In this document: one piece after another, positions 50,648 through 58,794 of the stretch | Layout of the letters: each line of letters opens with the position of its first letter | How positions within the stretch are numbered: the stretch's first letter is position 1 | UHGV virus genome: UHGV-1366603 | Strand: one strand, 5' to 3' | DNA length: 64,000 bases | Source: a virus | Made by a program: the position numbers and the translations under genes | The notes under the pieces: generated by a model | Databases searched by the model: none | Told to the model about the DNA's origin: nothing | What the model saw: only the letters and a program-made list of their open reading frames with translations

Positions 50648-52018
50648 CTGTAACGAACGAATCAGGAAGTAAAGCAGCAGCGCGTTACGCAGTGCAGCTA
50701 ACGCAGACTCGTGACGAATGTGGGTCTCTTTCGCGGCCAGTTTCTCAATACGAGAACGCAACGACAACACATACGGGTTAGGCGATTTCGACGCCTGGTA
50801 CAACGCCCGCATACGCTGTAATACCGTAACCGCATCGTTAAAGTTAATTCGATTGGTAACGATTTCGTCAAAAGCGTGGGACAACGTGTCTTCCATGATG
50901 CTGTTAACCTCATCACGTTTCTTCCCGATGGGGAGTCCTGCGATATACGTCAGCAACGTTTTCAGTGCCGCAGGTGACGCCTTCGGTACCATCTCCAGCA
51001 CCACACGCGCCAACTCTTCTTTGTACAAATTGTTGATATCGTAAGACGCATCAAACAGGTTCTGTTTTGCGATTTCCAACGCACCAACTTTGTCACGAAT
51101 CACCGACTGACCGTCTAACTCCACACGCGCAGACTGACTAACGACACGAGCGTTCTCACGACGTACACGGTCAAGCACTGCGTAGTAGTCTTTCACGGTT
51201 TGTTTCGTACGGGTGTTCAGGTCAGTGATATAACGCAACACCATATCCGGTGCATCAAACCGTTTTACCGCATCGTAGTTAGGGTATTCCGGGGAGCAGA
51301 AATACGTTGCACGTTCTGCCATGTGCAACCCCCAGTTCCCTAAACGACGAATATCGAATTTCATCGACAGCATCGAGTACGCGGCTTCAGCGGCAGGTAA
51401 ATCTACCGGCTTCGGGAAGAAGTGGTAGTAAATACTGGAGTAAAATTTGAACTGAAGAATCGTCACCAGGTCAATAGCCGCAGCGAGAATCTCTTTGTCA
51501 CCGAACTTCGGAATCATCAGGTGCAGTAAATACACAATGGTCAGGTTATACGTGTCACCCGCTACCTGCCAATCGGTATTGATGGAATGCGACTCTTTAA
51601 TCAGCTCTGACAGGTAGTCTTCGTCGATGTTAATCACCTCATCGAACAGACGGTTACGGTCAGAATCGAAAAAACGAATGCTGTGGACACCGAGGAGGTT
51701 CGACCCTAACCACTCGACGTTACCTTCACGAGAGAGTATCCCGCTTACGTAGTGGCGCAGCTTAGACGCCAGCTTGCGATCAATCACGAGTTTGTTAAAC
51801 ACGCTGTCAAACGCTTTACGTAAACGGTCGTCGTGACGGGCTTCGTGAGCGACGGAGAATCCCATCGGTACGTAGCCACCAAAACCGTAGTCGTAGTACA
51901 AACCCGGTGAGGTTTCCGCGTCGTCGAAATACGGGTCGTGACCGAACGATTCCTGAGCAACGCGGGTTCCGGTAGTTTGATAACAACCGGAGGTAAAATC
52001 ATAAACCAGTTCAGCCAT
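50642..52018 (-). CDS. hypothetical protein (458 aa)
   Basis: GAGGT RBS on minus strand. Confidence 0.5.
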   Translation of the reverse strand: MAELVYDFTSGCYQTTGTRVAQESFGHDPYFDDAETSPGLYYDYGFGGYVPMGFSVAHEARHDDRLRKAFDSVFNKLVIDRKLASKLRHYVSGILSREGNVEWLGSNLLGVHSIRFFDSDRNRLFDEVINIDEDYLSELIKESHSINTDWQVAGDTYNLTIVYLLHLMIPKFGDKEILAAAIDLVTILQFKFYSSIYYHFFPKPVDLPAAEAAYSMLSMKFDIRRLGNWGLHMAERATYFCSPEYPNYDAVKRFDAPDMVLRYITDLNTRTKQTVKDYYAVLDRVRRENARVVSQSARVELDGQSVIRDKVGALEIAKQNLFDASYDINNLYKEELARVVLEMVPKASPAALKTLLTYIAGLPIGKKRDEVNSIMEDTLSHAFDEIVTNRINFNDAVTVLQRMRALYQASKSPNPYVLSLRSRIEKLAAKETHIRHESALAALRNALLLYFLIRSLQK

Positions 52019-52033
52019 CAGTGAACCTCGAAA

Positions 52034-52052
52034 TTATTACGGATAGATATTA
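52034..52052 (+). promoter_or_regulatory. conserved promoter-like motif AGATATTAT-N4-GTGA
   Basis: Exact motif (AGATATTAT at 52036-52044, GTGA at 52049-52052) about 39 nt upstream of the 52091 start. Confidence 0.5.
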
Positions 52053-52090
52053 TCCTAGTGAGAGTCTTATTACCTAAAGGAGTTTTTACC

Positions 52091-53215
52091 ATGAGAAATT
52101 ATCTGCGCAAACCCGCTTGGCACAAGATGTTGCGTGAAGGTACCATCGACCGCGAACAGCAAGTCAAGATGTGGGTGCTTCCTCACGGCGTAATTTGTGA
52201 CCTGGTCAGAGTCGGTGGGATGGACATCCTGCGTAACGGTACCTACGACGCCGTCAACTCGTTCTTAGCACGAGAGCTGGCGGAAGCAGGGTTACAAGGC
52301 GAGGTGTTATTTTACACCACCCGTGTTATCCCACAAACGCTGTCTAAGTGGTTAACGTACTGGCTGTCTAGTGACCCTGACGCATCAGACCCCGAACTGA
52401 GTTCGGTAACGATTACCACACTAGGCCAGTATCCCACGAAACCCTTACCGTTCCAGGTGAACGTTGTTGAGCCGCTAATCGTAAAAGCTGGTGACGTGTT
52501 TGACATGATTAAAGTCAAATCCCGTAACCAAGCCGTTTCCCAGTTCATCATCGAAACGGGTGAACACACATTCCGATTAGAACCTGTCCGTAAAACCGAT
52601 GCGACGCTTCTGGCCGTAACGGATTACGGAATCGTTTGTCGTTCTTCCGAAGGACATACCTTCCTGTGCACGATACTCTCACGACGTATTCAGGCACAGT
52701 TAGAGCACTACAAACTTTCCCTGGAAGACATCGTCGGTACGACGTTACGTATCGAATACACGATGTACACGGAAGGGAATCGGCTGTGTAATTACAAGTC
52801 CCCTATCGCTTACCGAGCGTTAGCGCTGGACAACATGGGAGACTGGGTCTCAACGACATACGAAGGGCCTTCCCCCTTCAAAACCATTCCAACACAACGA
52901 CCGGCGTTGTTGACCGTCACCCGCTGTAACCGTGCCGAGATTTTCGAGGAAGAGGGTGTGATTTCCGGTTACGAACGTGAAACAGGGTTAACGCTTTTCC
53001 GCTTCCGACGGGGTGCGGAGTATGGTCGCTACGCAGCGGTGTTCGAACGAGACGGTAAGCAAGAAACCTGGCTTTTCGAATCGGATTTCTCCGTTGAGGT
53101 GATTGACCCTGAGGGCTTTGTGGCTTCAGTGGGGAGTCAGATTTTCTACGCCACGGGCTACAGCCTGTTGGACGTAAAACTGCACTACCCTCAGAAAGAA
53201 CAGGTCTGTCTGTAA
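52091..53215 (+). CDS. hypothetical protein (375 aa)
   Basis: ATG 52091 with AAAGGAG RBS preferred over the upstream ORF-track start. Confidence 0.5.
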   Translation: MRNYLRKPAWHKMLREGTIDREQQVKMWVLPHGVICDLVRVGGMDILRNGTYDAVNSFLARELAEAGLQGEVLFYTTRVIPQTLSKWLTYWLSSDPDASDPELSSVTITTLGQYPTKPLPFQVNVVEPLIVKAGDVFDMIKVKSRNQAVSQFIIETGEHTFRLEPVRKTDATLLAVTDYGIVCRSSEGHTFLCTILSRRIQAQLEHYKLSLEDIVGTTLRIEYTMYTEGNRLCNYKSPIAYRALALDNMGDWVSTTYEGPSPFKTIPTQRPALLTVTRCNRAEIFEEEGVISGYERETGLTLFRFRRGAEYGRYAAVFERDGKQETWLFESDFSVEVIDPEGFVASVGSQIFYATGYSLLDVKLHYPQKEQVCL

Positions 53216-53223
53216 AAAATTAT

Positions 53224-53262
53224 CGGATGGCTTCGGCCATCCGTTTTTTTTTTATTTTTTTG
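53224..53262 (+). terminator. intrinsic terminator
   Basis: CGGATGGC-TTCG-GCCATCCG followed by T10. Confidence 0.7.
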
Positions 53263-53760
53263 CCAAAAAACCTTCGACCTCCTCAGAGCGATTCTAACGC
53301 ATTTTTAGGTCGAGGTGGTACGTTCGTATACCCTGGGCCAGTTTTTCTCGTTAGAGAGCTTCTCAGGAAGAATTTGACGGGGTTTTATTCCCTGTCGAAG
53401 AATTTATTTTACCCCAAACCGCAACAAACCCCAAAACCGGGTGCTGGGTTGTCTCTGGAAACCCTATCCGGTTGGTGATTTTTTAACCGGATTTCGTAAA
53501 ACGCTCTAGAAACGATTTTAACGCAGTTTTTACCCCTACCCAGTACACTTGGGTTACCTGACCCCGTTTAGCACGTTGTGGAGCGATTGAGAAAGCGTAC
53601 GACCCATTGCCGTGGGTGGGTGAGACCCGACCCTGCCACCCGACGGCCAGCCGCCGCGCCGATCAAAAAAACATTCACGCTTCGCGTACTAACGGATCAA
53701 GTGATTGGATCAACTTACTGAATCTTCACACACTGAAGATTCAGGTTGAGTAGTTATCTT

Positions 53761-54260
53761 GCTTGGTTTTTTAAATACTCTCGAGAGACCTCAAGTCTCT
53801 CGGATCGATCTTAAAAATTTAACTCTCTCAAAAACCTGATCTCAAGATCTCTTCCTTATACGCGTGTGCGTGCGCACACGTATAGTATAATATATTTATT
53901 TATAAATATATTATTCCTTTAGGATCAAAATAATAATACCTTTAGGTATTATTTAATTATATATTTTAATATATATTTATTTTAATAAATATAAATATAT
54001 TAAATAAATATATTAATAATATAATTATTATATATAATATATATTATATATAAATATATATAAAACGCGCGCGATCCTTATTATGAGATCTGATCTCGCT
54101 CTGACCCCCAGTGAGGGGGTGGGGATCGGTGAGCGGTATTTTCCGGAAAAACCGAAAATCGTACCCGGGGTAATTCGCCAGGGTAAAATCCCCACCTGGG
54201 GGATCGGGTAGGGGGTACCCTTCCGGGGGAGATCCTGAACACCTGACCAGGGGGTAAAAC
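53761..54260. other. gene-free AT-rich tract flanked by a GATC cluster, palindromes and G/C tracts; candidate replication origin or packaging/terminal region
   Basis: About 180 bp of near-pure A/T (53881-54060); 11 GATC sites counted in ~440 bp; inverted repeats such as GTGTGCG-TG-CGCACAC and AATAATACC-TTT-AGGTATTATT. Confidence 0.45.
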
Positions 54261-54299
54261 CCCATTCCCCTTTTTCGAACGTTAAAACCCTATGGTATG

Positions 54300-54912
54300 T
54301 TCGGAGGATTTGCGTGGGGTTGATTTACAACCACGAAGATTTTTCGGAGTTCAGGTATTACTGCTCACAGCTCAACACGATTACTGTCTGCGATGATTCA
54401 GCAGAGCTCGAACCCCCTGGTTGGTTATTGGCCAGGGGTGTTTTTTCAAGTGCATGGATTTTGGTTCACCGTGTACTGGGAAAAACAAAACGTTCGGCCT
54501 AACACTGGCGATTTGTTTTACTATGGGGTTTCCGTGACTTCGGATAAAAACCTCAGGGGTTGGTAAACCCCACGAATTCAGGTGCTCGGTACCGTTCCCG
54601 CGACTTACGAAGTTTGGGGAAAGCCGCGCTATCAGCGACGCGTGGCCGACATGAGAAAATCCGAGTGAACCGTGGCAGCCTCTGGGGGCGACGTTGGCGA
54701 GAGGTCCGTAGAACTTACCTGCGGGCAGCCGACGGTGGGATGCGTCCCCAGAGGTGCGGCCAGAATCCGAATTACGACGTTGCGTCGAAACAACCCTGCT
54801 CCAGGTAGCGCTGGCAGTGTGATGTCCTCTAGCTTGACGGCTCGCAAAGACGAGAGGGGTGCGTACTCCCGTTGAGAAACGCCGGTACGCAGCTGAATTA
54901 ATTTTTTACGGA
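54300..54912 (+). ncRNA. candidate structured non-coding RNA region (unclassified)
   Basis: GC-rich segment unlike flanking DNA; many nested inverted repeats; internal terminator-like hairpin at 54413-54446; only Arg-rich or TTG/GTG-start ORFs. Confidence 0.3.
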
Positions 54913-54955
54913 ATTTCCTGTTGGTGTGACACAAACCACGGCAGGAGATTTTAAT

Positions 54956-55288
54956 ATGGATTCCAAAGACGTTCCGAACATCGGTTCGAATGTCCCGTAC
55001 CGACTCGATGAATTGGGTAGGCTGCTAAAGGCACCCGAGAATTGGGGTTGTTATGATTCGTCGCTGCTAAACTGCATCGAGACAGTGACGGTGAACCATT
55101 GGCGAAACACAGAGCTTGTTACGGTTTGTGTTAAACTCACCGGTGGTCAGTTGGTTACTCACACCCCGTCTCCCAAGGAGCCGCACGTGGGTTATCGCCC
55201 TTACCTGTTCTCAGCGGTTCAGAAATGCTTACACAAAGCTATCATGAAATACGCCGAGCAATGCATGGCTACGTTCATCATGGATTGA
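54956..55288 (+). CDS. hypothetical protein (110 aa)
   Basis: ATG 54956 with AGGAGA RBS; upstream of the HslV-like gene. Confidence 0.5.
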   Translation: MDSKDVPNIGSNVPYRLDELGRLLKAPENWGCYDSSLLNCIETVTVNHWRNTELVTVCVKLTGGQLVTHTPSPKEPHVGYRPYLFSAVQKCLHKAIMKYAEQCMATFIMD

Positions 55289-55299
55289 GGTTCGCCTGA

Positions 55300-55800
55300 A
55301 TGACTACGATTGTTTTTGACGGAAAGACGTTAGCTTGCGATGGCCAAGTCACCGTGGAAGAGCGTAGTGCTGCCACGCAATACCGTAAGATTCACACGCC
55401 GCCTGAGGGTACGACGTGGAAGCTTTTGGGTGAAGACGTGAAAGCAATTGGTTTGGCAGGTGATGTCGCCGCATTGCAATCCGTGCGTCAAGAACTCACG
55501 CTTGAACGTTTCGGCGGTATCGAACGGGGTGGGGTTCGTTTTGAAACGACGTATCCCGAACAGATTGAATTTATCGTACTTGCTGTTTTGACAGACGGGC
55601 GCGTTATCGACGCCTCGAAGTGCAAAGACAACAAATACGCCAGTTACGTGTTTGTAGAACCGCCGTATGCGATAGGCTCAGGTGCTCACTATGCCCTGGG
55701 TGCATTAGGCGCAGGCGTTGACGCCCCCACTGCGGTGGAAGTGGCGAAACGTTATGACCTGTACAGCGGCGGTCAGACGCAAACGCTTAAGCTGTTTTGA
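55300..55800 (+). CDS. HslV-like (proteasome beta-type, Ntn-hydrolase) peptidase
   Basis: N-terminus MTTIVFDGK...ACDGQVT parallels E. coli HslV MTTIVSVRR...AGDGQAT; later YAIGSGAHYALGA parallels IAIGSGGPYAQAA; GAGG RBS. Confidence 0.65.
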   Translation: MTTIVFDGKTLACDGQVTVEERSAATQYRKIHTPPEGTTWKLLGEDVKAIGLAGDVAALQSVRQELTLERFGGIERGGVRFETTYPEQIEFIVLAVLTDGRVIDASKCKDNKYASYVFVEPPYAIGSGAHYALGALGAGVDAPTAVEVAKRYDLYSGGQTQTLKLF

Positions 55801-55809
55801 AGTATTTAG

Positions 55810-55882
55810 ACCATTGAAGTTAGAGGAATTAACACCCGACTAATAATCGGTTATTTCGCAGGTTCGAATCCTGCCATTGGTC
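55810..55882 (+). tRNA. tRNA-like gene, anticodon uncertain
   Basis: Canonical T-arm GCAGG-TTCGAAT-CCTGC; acceptor stem with one mismatch; D-stem GTTA/TAAC; 73 nt; anticodon loop register ambiguous. Confidence 0.4.
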
Positions 55883-55989
55883 GCCCAGATTAGAACAATC
55901 GAACAAGAGTTACAAACTCGTCAGCCTTCAACTGAGCGTCGGTTGTTCTGATAACTTCTGCTCTTGCTCACGGGTAGAAAGCTCCTTAA

Positions 55990-56110
55990 AAACGTGTAAA
56001 CACCTACCGATTAAGTTCGGACTTACGTTAGGGTCGTGAGACCCTGGTGGTTAGACCACCTAAACGGTTGTACGGTGGGAGGATAACACCTCCCACCTGC
56101 ACCTACCAAG
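55990..56110 (+). other. cluster of short stable hairpins, possible small RNA or processing signals
   Basis: TAAGT-TCGG-ACTTA, GGGTC-GTGA-GACCC, GGTGG-TTAGA-CCACC, GGTGGGAGG-ATAACA-CCTCCCACC in series. Confidence 0.3.
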
Positions 56111-56261
56111 AATTTAATTATTGGGTATTTCCCCTAAGTGTAACGTGAATACCCTGTAATGTGAATTGAGAGTTACGTGTTAACTCGACGGTACTGGTCG
56201 TTGGTCACCTGTAAACCTTCATCGTCCCATGTCATGCTGTGTTTGACCAGTACCGAACTTT

Positions 56262-56333
56262 GTCGCTAAGCCTGGTGACGTGGCTACACACCGAGGCTGG
56301 GGCTCGACACCCGTTAGCGACACCCTTTTTTGC
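56262..56333 (+). terminator. terminator-like structure ending the tRNA/hairpin region
   Basis: GTCGCTAA...TTAGCGAC outer stem enclosing a structured insert, followed by ACCCTTTTTTG. Confidence 0.35.
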
Positions 56334-56394
56334 GTTATTGTCAGTATTCTGAAGCTGTGTTCAGTGACAATAGCGTTTTTTATTCGCGTTGGCG

Positions 56395-56450
56395 TTTGTA
56401 CCATTGCTGCTCTTGCTGTCATTGCTGCCACTGCCTGCTGCGCCTCAACA
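56395..56450 (+). repeat. imperfect 9-bp tandem repeat (TTGCTG core, about 4 copies)
   Basis: ATTGCTGCT / CTTGCTGTC / ATTGCTGCC / ACTGCCTGCTG read directly. Confidence 0.4.
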
Positions 56451-56536
56451 GACGTCAACGCGACCCATTAACCCACACGTCGGGGTATAGCGACGTACAA
56501 CAGAACGAGTAGTAGTAACAGAACGAGGCAACAGAA

Positions 56537-57184
56537 ATGCTTACAGTAAAACGTATTATTAACGGTGACCGTGTCATCACTGTGCACGAACGTGTACGTT
56601 TAGGTGACAGAATGTCCCGTGTTTACAAAGAAGCACTTAAAGTCGTTAACGGCGAAGATAACGAATTGTGTTTTGATAACGCGATTGATTTGCCGAGAAA
56701 ACCGAAACCGGTGAGCTATACCGCTTTAACTGATATGTCCGTAGAGGAACAGAAAAGCACCTTAGCCAACCTGCATCCGTTTTTGCACAATGTGTCAAAT
56801 TGGACCGTTGTCATCGGCGGTCGACCTATTCCAGAGGATGTACCACGTGTGGTGATTGTTAACCCGCGTATGCCATCCGTCGAAGAAAAGAATTCGCCAG
56901 TCGACGAAATTTATATTCCTGGCAATAATTTCTATTGCCGGTTTTGTGGCTTTACACAGCGTGAAATGACGTATGTGATGCCACCTCAAGAAATCCAATT
57001 AGTCCGTGAGCTGATTAACGAAGACGGTGATACCTTCTATCAGAATCAGCTCCGTAGCGGTAAGCACTCCGTTGACGAGGCTATCGGCGTGTTACATGTC
57101 GACGATGCTTACGAATTTTTCTATCCAGGTGATGCGGTTTACATCATGAACAGTGAAGGTAAAACCATCGATAACCTGAGATAA
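56537..57184 (+). CDS. hypothetical protein (215 aa)
   Basis: GAGG RBS. Confidence 0.5.
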   Translation: MLTVKRIINGDRVITVHERVRLGDRMSRVYKEALKVVNGEDNELCFDNAIDLPRKPKPVSYTALTDMSVEEQKSTLANLHPFLHNVSNWTVVIGGRPIPEDVPRVVIVNPRMPSVEEKNSPVDEIYIPGNNFYCRFCGFTQREMTYVMPPQEIQLVRELINEDGDTFYQNQLRSGKHSVDEAIGVLHVDDAYEFFYPGDAVYIMNSEGKTIDNLR

Positions 57185-57285
57185 CCAGTTTAGCTCTGCC
57201 GAAAGCTAAAGCCCGCCCTTCGAGAATGCCCATTCTCATGCCCTGAAGGGTTTAATCCTGTAGTTTCATGCCGATGCCAGGGAAC

Positions 57286-57326
57286 GTACCTACCTCCGAA
57301 AGGAGGTAGGTATATTCTTTTTTATC
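57286..57326 (+). terminator. intrinsic terminator, repeated hairpin family
   Basis: GTACCTACCTCC-GAAA-GGAGGTAGGTA followed by T-run. Confidence 0.65.
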
Positions 57327-57340
57327 GCAAAATTTTAGAG

Positions 57341-57359
57341 ATAGATATTATTTTAGTGA
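57341..57359 (+). promoter_or_regulatory. conserved promoter-like motif AGATATTAT-N4-GTGA
   Basis: Exact motif (57343-57351, GTGA 57356-57359) about 46 nt upstream of the 57405 start. Confidence 0.5.
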
Positions 57360-57404
57360 ATGTTCGCGTGAAACGTTTACTTCGACTTTTTAGGAACTGA
57401 TAAA

Positions 57405-57845
57405 ATGAAATTAGATGCGATTGAAGGATTAATGGGTATGGGTTATTCATTCGAAGAAGCGGCGGTTATTCGTCCGTTTCTGTCACGTCATTTCTCCGTG
57501 TGGCAAGCGTTACCTGAAGATGGGCCAACCGGTAAGTTAGTAGAACGATTCGTTGAGCGTGTGCTGAATCGAAATCGGAATGAATTTAGTTTACGGTGGG
57601 CGGACGGGAAAGAGCGTAAGCACCTAAACCCTAATCCGTGGTGTATGTTGGTGTTTCGTTGTGACGGTGAAGAATTTACGTTCCCGGCTATTGAATTTGT
57701 AAGACGGTACGGTTTAGCGATTTACACCGAGTTAGGAACAAACGGGGCAGGTCGGGTATTAGTTTACGACAGAGGTGAGTTACGCATTAAAACGAAGCAG
57801 TTAGCAGAACTCTACCACGAACGACACGTTGCCGAATTAGTATAA
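57405..57845 (+). CDS. hypothetical protein (146 aa)
   Basis: AGGA RBS; downstream of the conserved motif. Confidence 0.5.
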   Translation: MKLDAIEGLMGMGYSFEEAAVIRPFLSRHFSVWQALPEDGPTGKLVERFVERVLNRNRNEFSLRWADGKERKHLNPNPWCMLVFRCDGEEFTFPAIEFVRRYGLAIYTELGTNGAGRVLVYDRGELRIKTKQLAELYHERHVAELV

Positions 57846-57872
57846 CTATAAATCAGCTATAGAGGGTGTTTG

Positions 57873-57899
57873 GGGACTGCGTGTCCCCATTTTTTTTTG
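57873..57899 (+). terminator. intrinsic terminator
   Basis: GGGGAC-TGCGT-GTCCCC followed by T9. Confidence 0.7.
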
Positions 57900-57939
57900 A
57901 TTTTTACGGTACTGGTATGTATTTATAGGAGGTGGTACC

Positions 57940-58341
57940 GTGAACGAACAACCACAATACGATTTCTATAGTTTACTAGAACAAAAGCGTTTTCCGAACG
58001 AAGTTGCAATTCGTAGTCGATTGGGGTTTCATGTTATCTACATGTTAATGCCAATTATTACTGAATACCCTGCTTTTAAAGAATGGTTTGATAGCATGGA
58101 GTCTGAAGATGTGTCTTCTGTTTTAATGCATGAAGATGTCCCTGTTATCAGGACGAATTACCACATCACCAGAAACGAAGTCTGTGCTACAACGTCAAAG
58201 TTTGTACAGTCGTTTATGGTTGAAATCAGTCATGCTGTTATAAACCAACAGATTACCGTTATGGAAGCTTTCTCTGTGTTATTGGATGCAATCTGTAGTT
58301 TCCAGTACCAGGCAACCAATAAGCTGTCTAATGTCCATTGA
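57940..58341 (+). CDS. hypothetical protein (133 aa)
   Basis: GTG start with GGAGGTGG RBS. Confidence 0.45.
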   Translation: MNEQPQYDFYSLLEQKRFPNEVAIRSRLGFHVIYMLMPIITEYPAFKEWFDSMESEDVSSVLMHEDVPVIRTNYHITRNEVCATTSKFVQSFMVEISHAVINQQITVMEAFSVLLDAICSFQYQATNKLSNVH

Positions 58342-58360
58342 GTTATAGTGGGAGAGAAAA

Positions 58361-58741
58361 ATGAATACTACACTGCGTCCACTGGACGTGATTTTGGTGC
58401 ACCCGGACGCATTGAGTAAAATCACTCTACGGTGCGAGTTAGACAAAAAACTTATCACGTCTTTAGAGTGGGGGTTTGTATTACATCCCGACGAATACAA
58501 AAATACACGCTACAGCGATATTGCTGAAGGTTCAGTCATCGACTGGGGTGTACCTGAGGGTTACGATGATGTCGTGCAATATATGTCAGAGATGACGGTT
58601 CCGTACAGCTTACCGATTGCTGGCCCTGCGGAGAATATCATTTCTTTACGTCGTCTTGTGAATGCCCAACCTGAAAACATTCGCAACGGTGTGGCGTGGA
58701 CAACAGGAACCGCATGTCATTTAAAAAATATGTTGCAGTGA
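58361..58741 (+). CDS. hypothetical protein (126 aa)
   Basis: GGGAGAG RBS. Confidence 0.5.
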   Translation: MNTTLRPLDVILVHPDALSKITLRCELDKKLITSLEWGFVLHPDEYKNTRYSDIAEGSVIDWGVPEGYDDVVQYMSEMTVPYSLPIAGPAENIISLRRLVNAQPENIRNGVAWTTGTACHLKNMLQ

Positions 58742-58752
58742 AAACGATAAGA

Positions 58753-58794
58753 CCCACTACTCGAATGGAGTAGTGGGTAGGTTTTCTTTTTTTG
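58753..58794. terminator. bidirectional terminator
   Basis: CCCACTACTC-GAATG-GAGTAGTGGG followed by T-run. Confidence 0.65.

Noticed and set aside
53227-53478. 83-aa ORF immediately after the terminator at 53224
   Set aside because: It starts inside the terminator T-run, lies in low-complexity sequence and has no RBS.
54560-54800. Fragments resembling RNase P RNA conserved regions (GGTAAACCCCAC, GGGGAAAGCCG, CAGAATCCGAATTA)
   Set aside because: The order of the fragments along the sequence does not match the order of the conserved regions in bacterial RNase P RNA, and the matches are imperfect. Left as an unclassified structured segment.
54314-54934. ORFs of 62-100 aa on both strands in the GC-rich segment
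   Set aside because: They are Arg-rich or use TTG/GTG starts without RBS and overlap each other, as expected for chance frames in GC-rich DNA.
55892-55967. Possible pseudoknot from crossing complementarities (AGAACAA/TTGTTCT and CAAGAG/CTCTTG)
   Set aside because: These are 6-7-bp complementarities that are common by chance in 100 nt, with no independent support.
56330-56512. Cys-rich 60-aa ORF (CCSCCHCCHC)
   Set aside because: It is produced by the TGCTGC-type tandem DNA repeat in an intergenic region, has no RBS, and overlaps other spurious frames.
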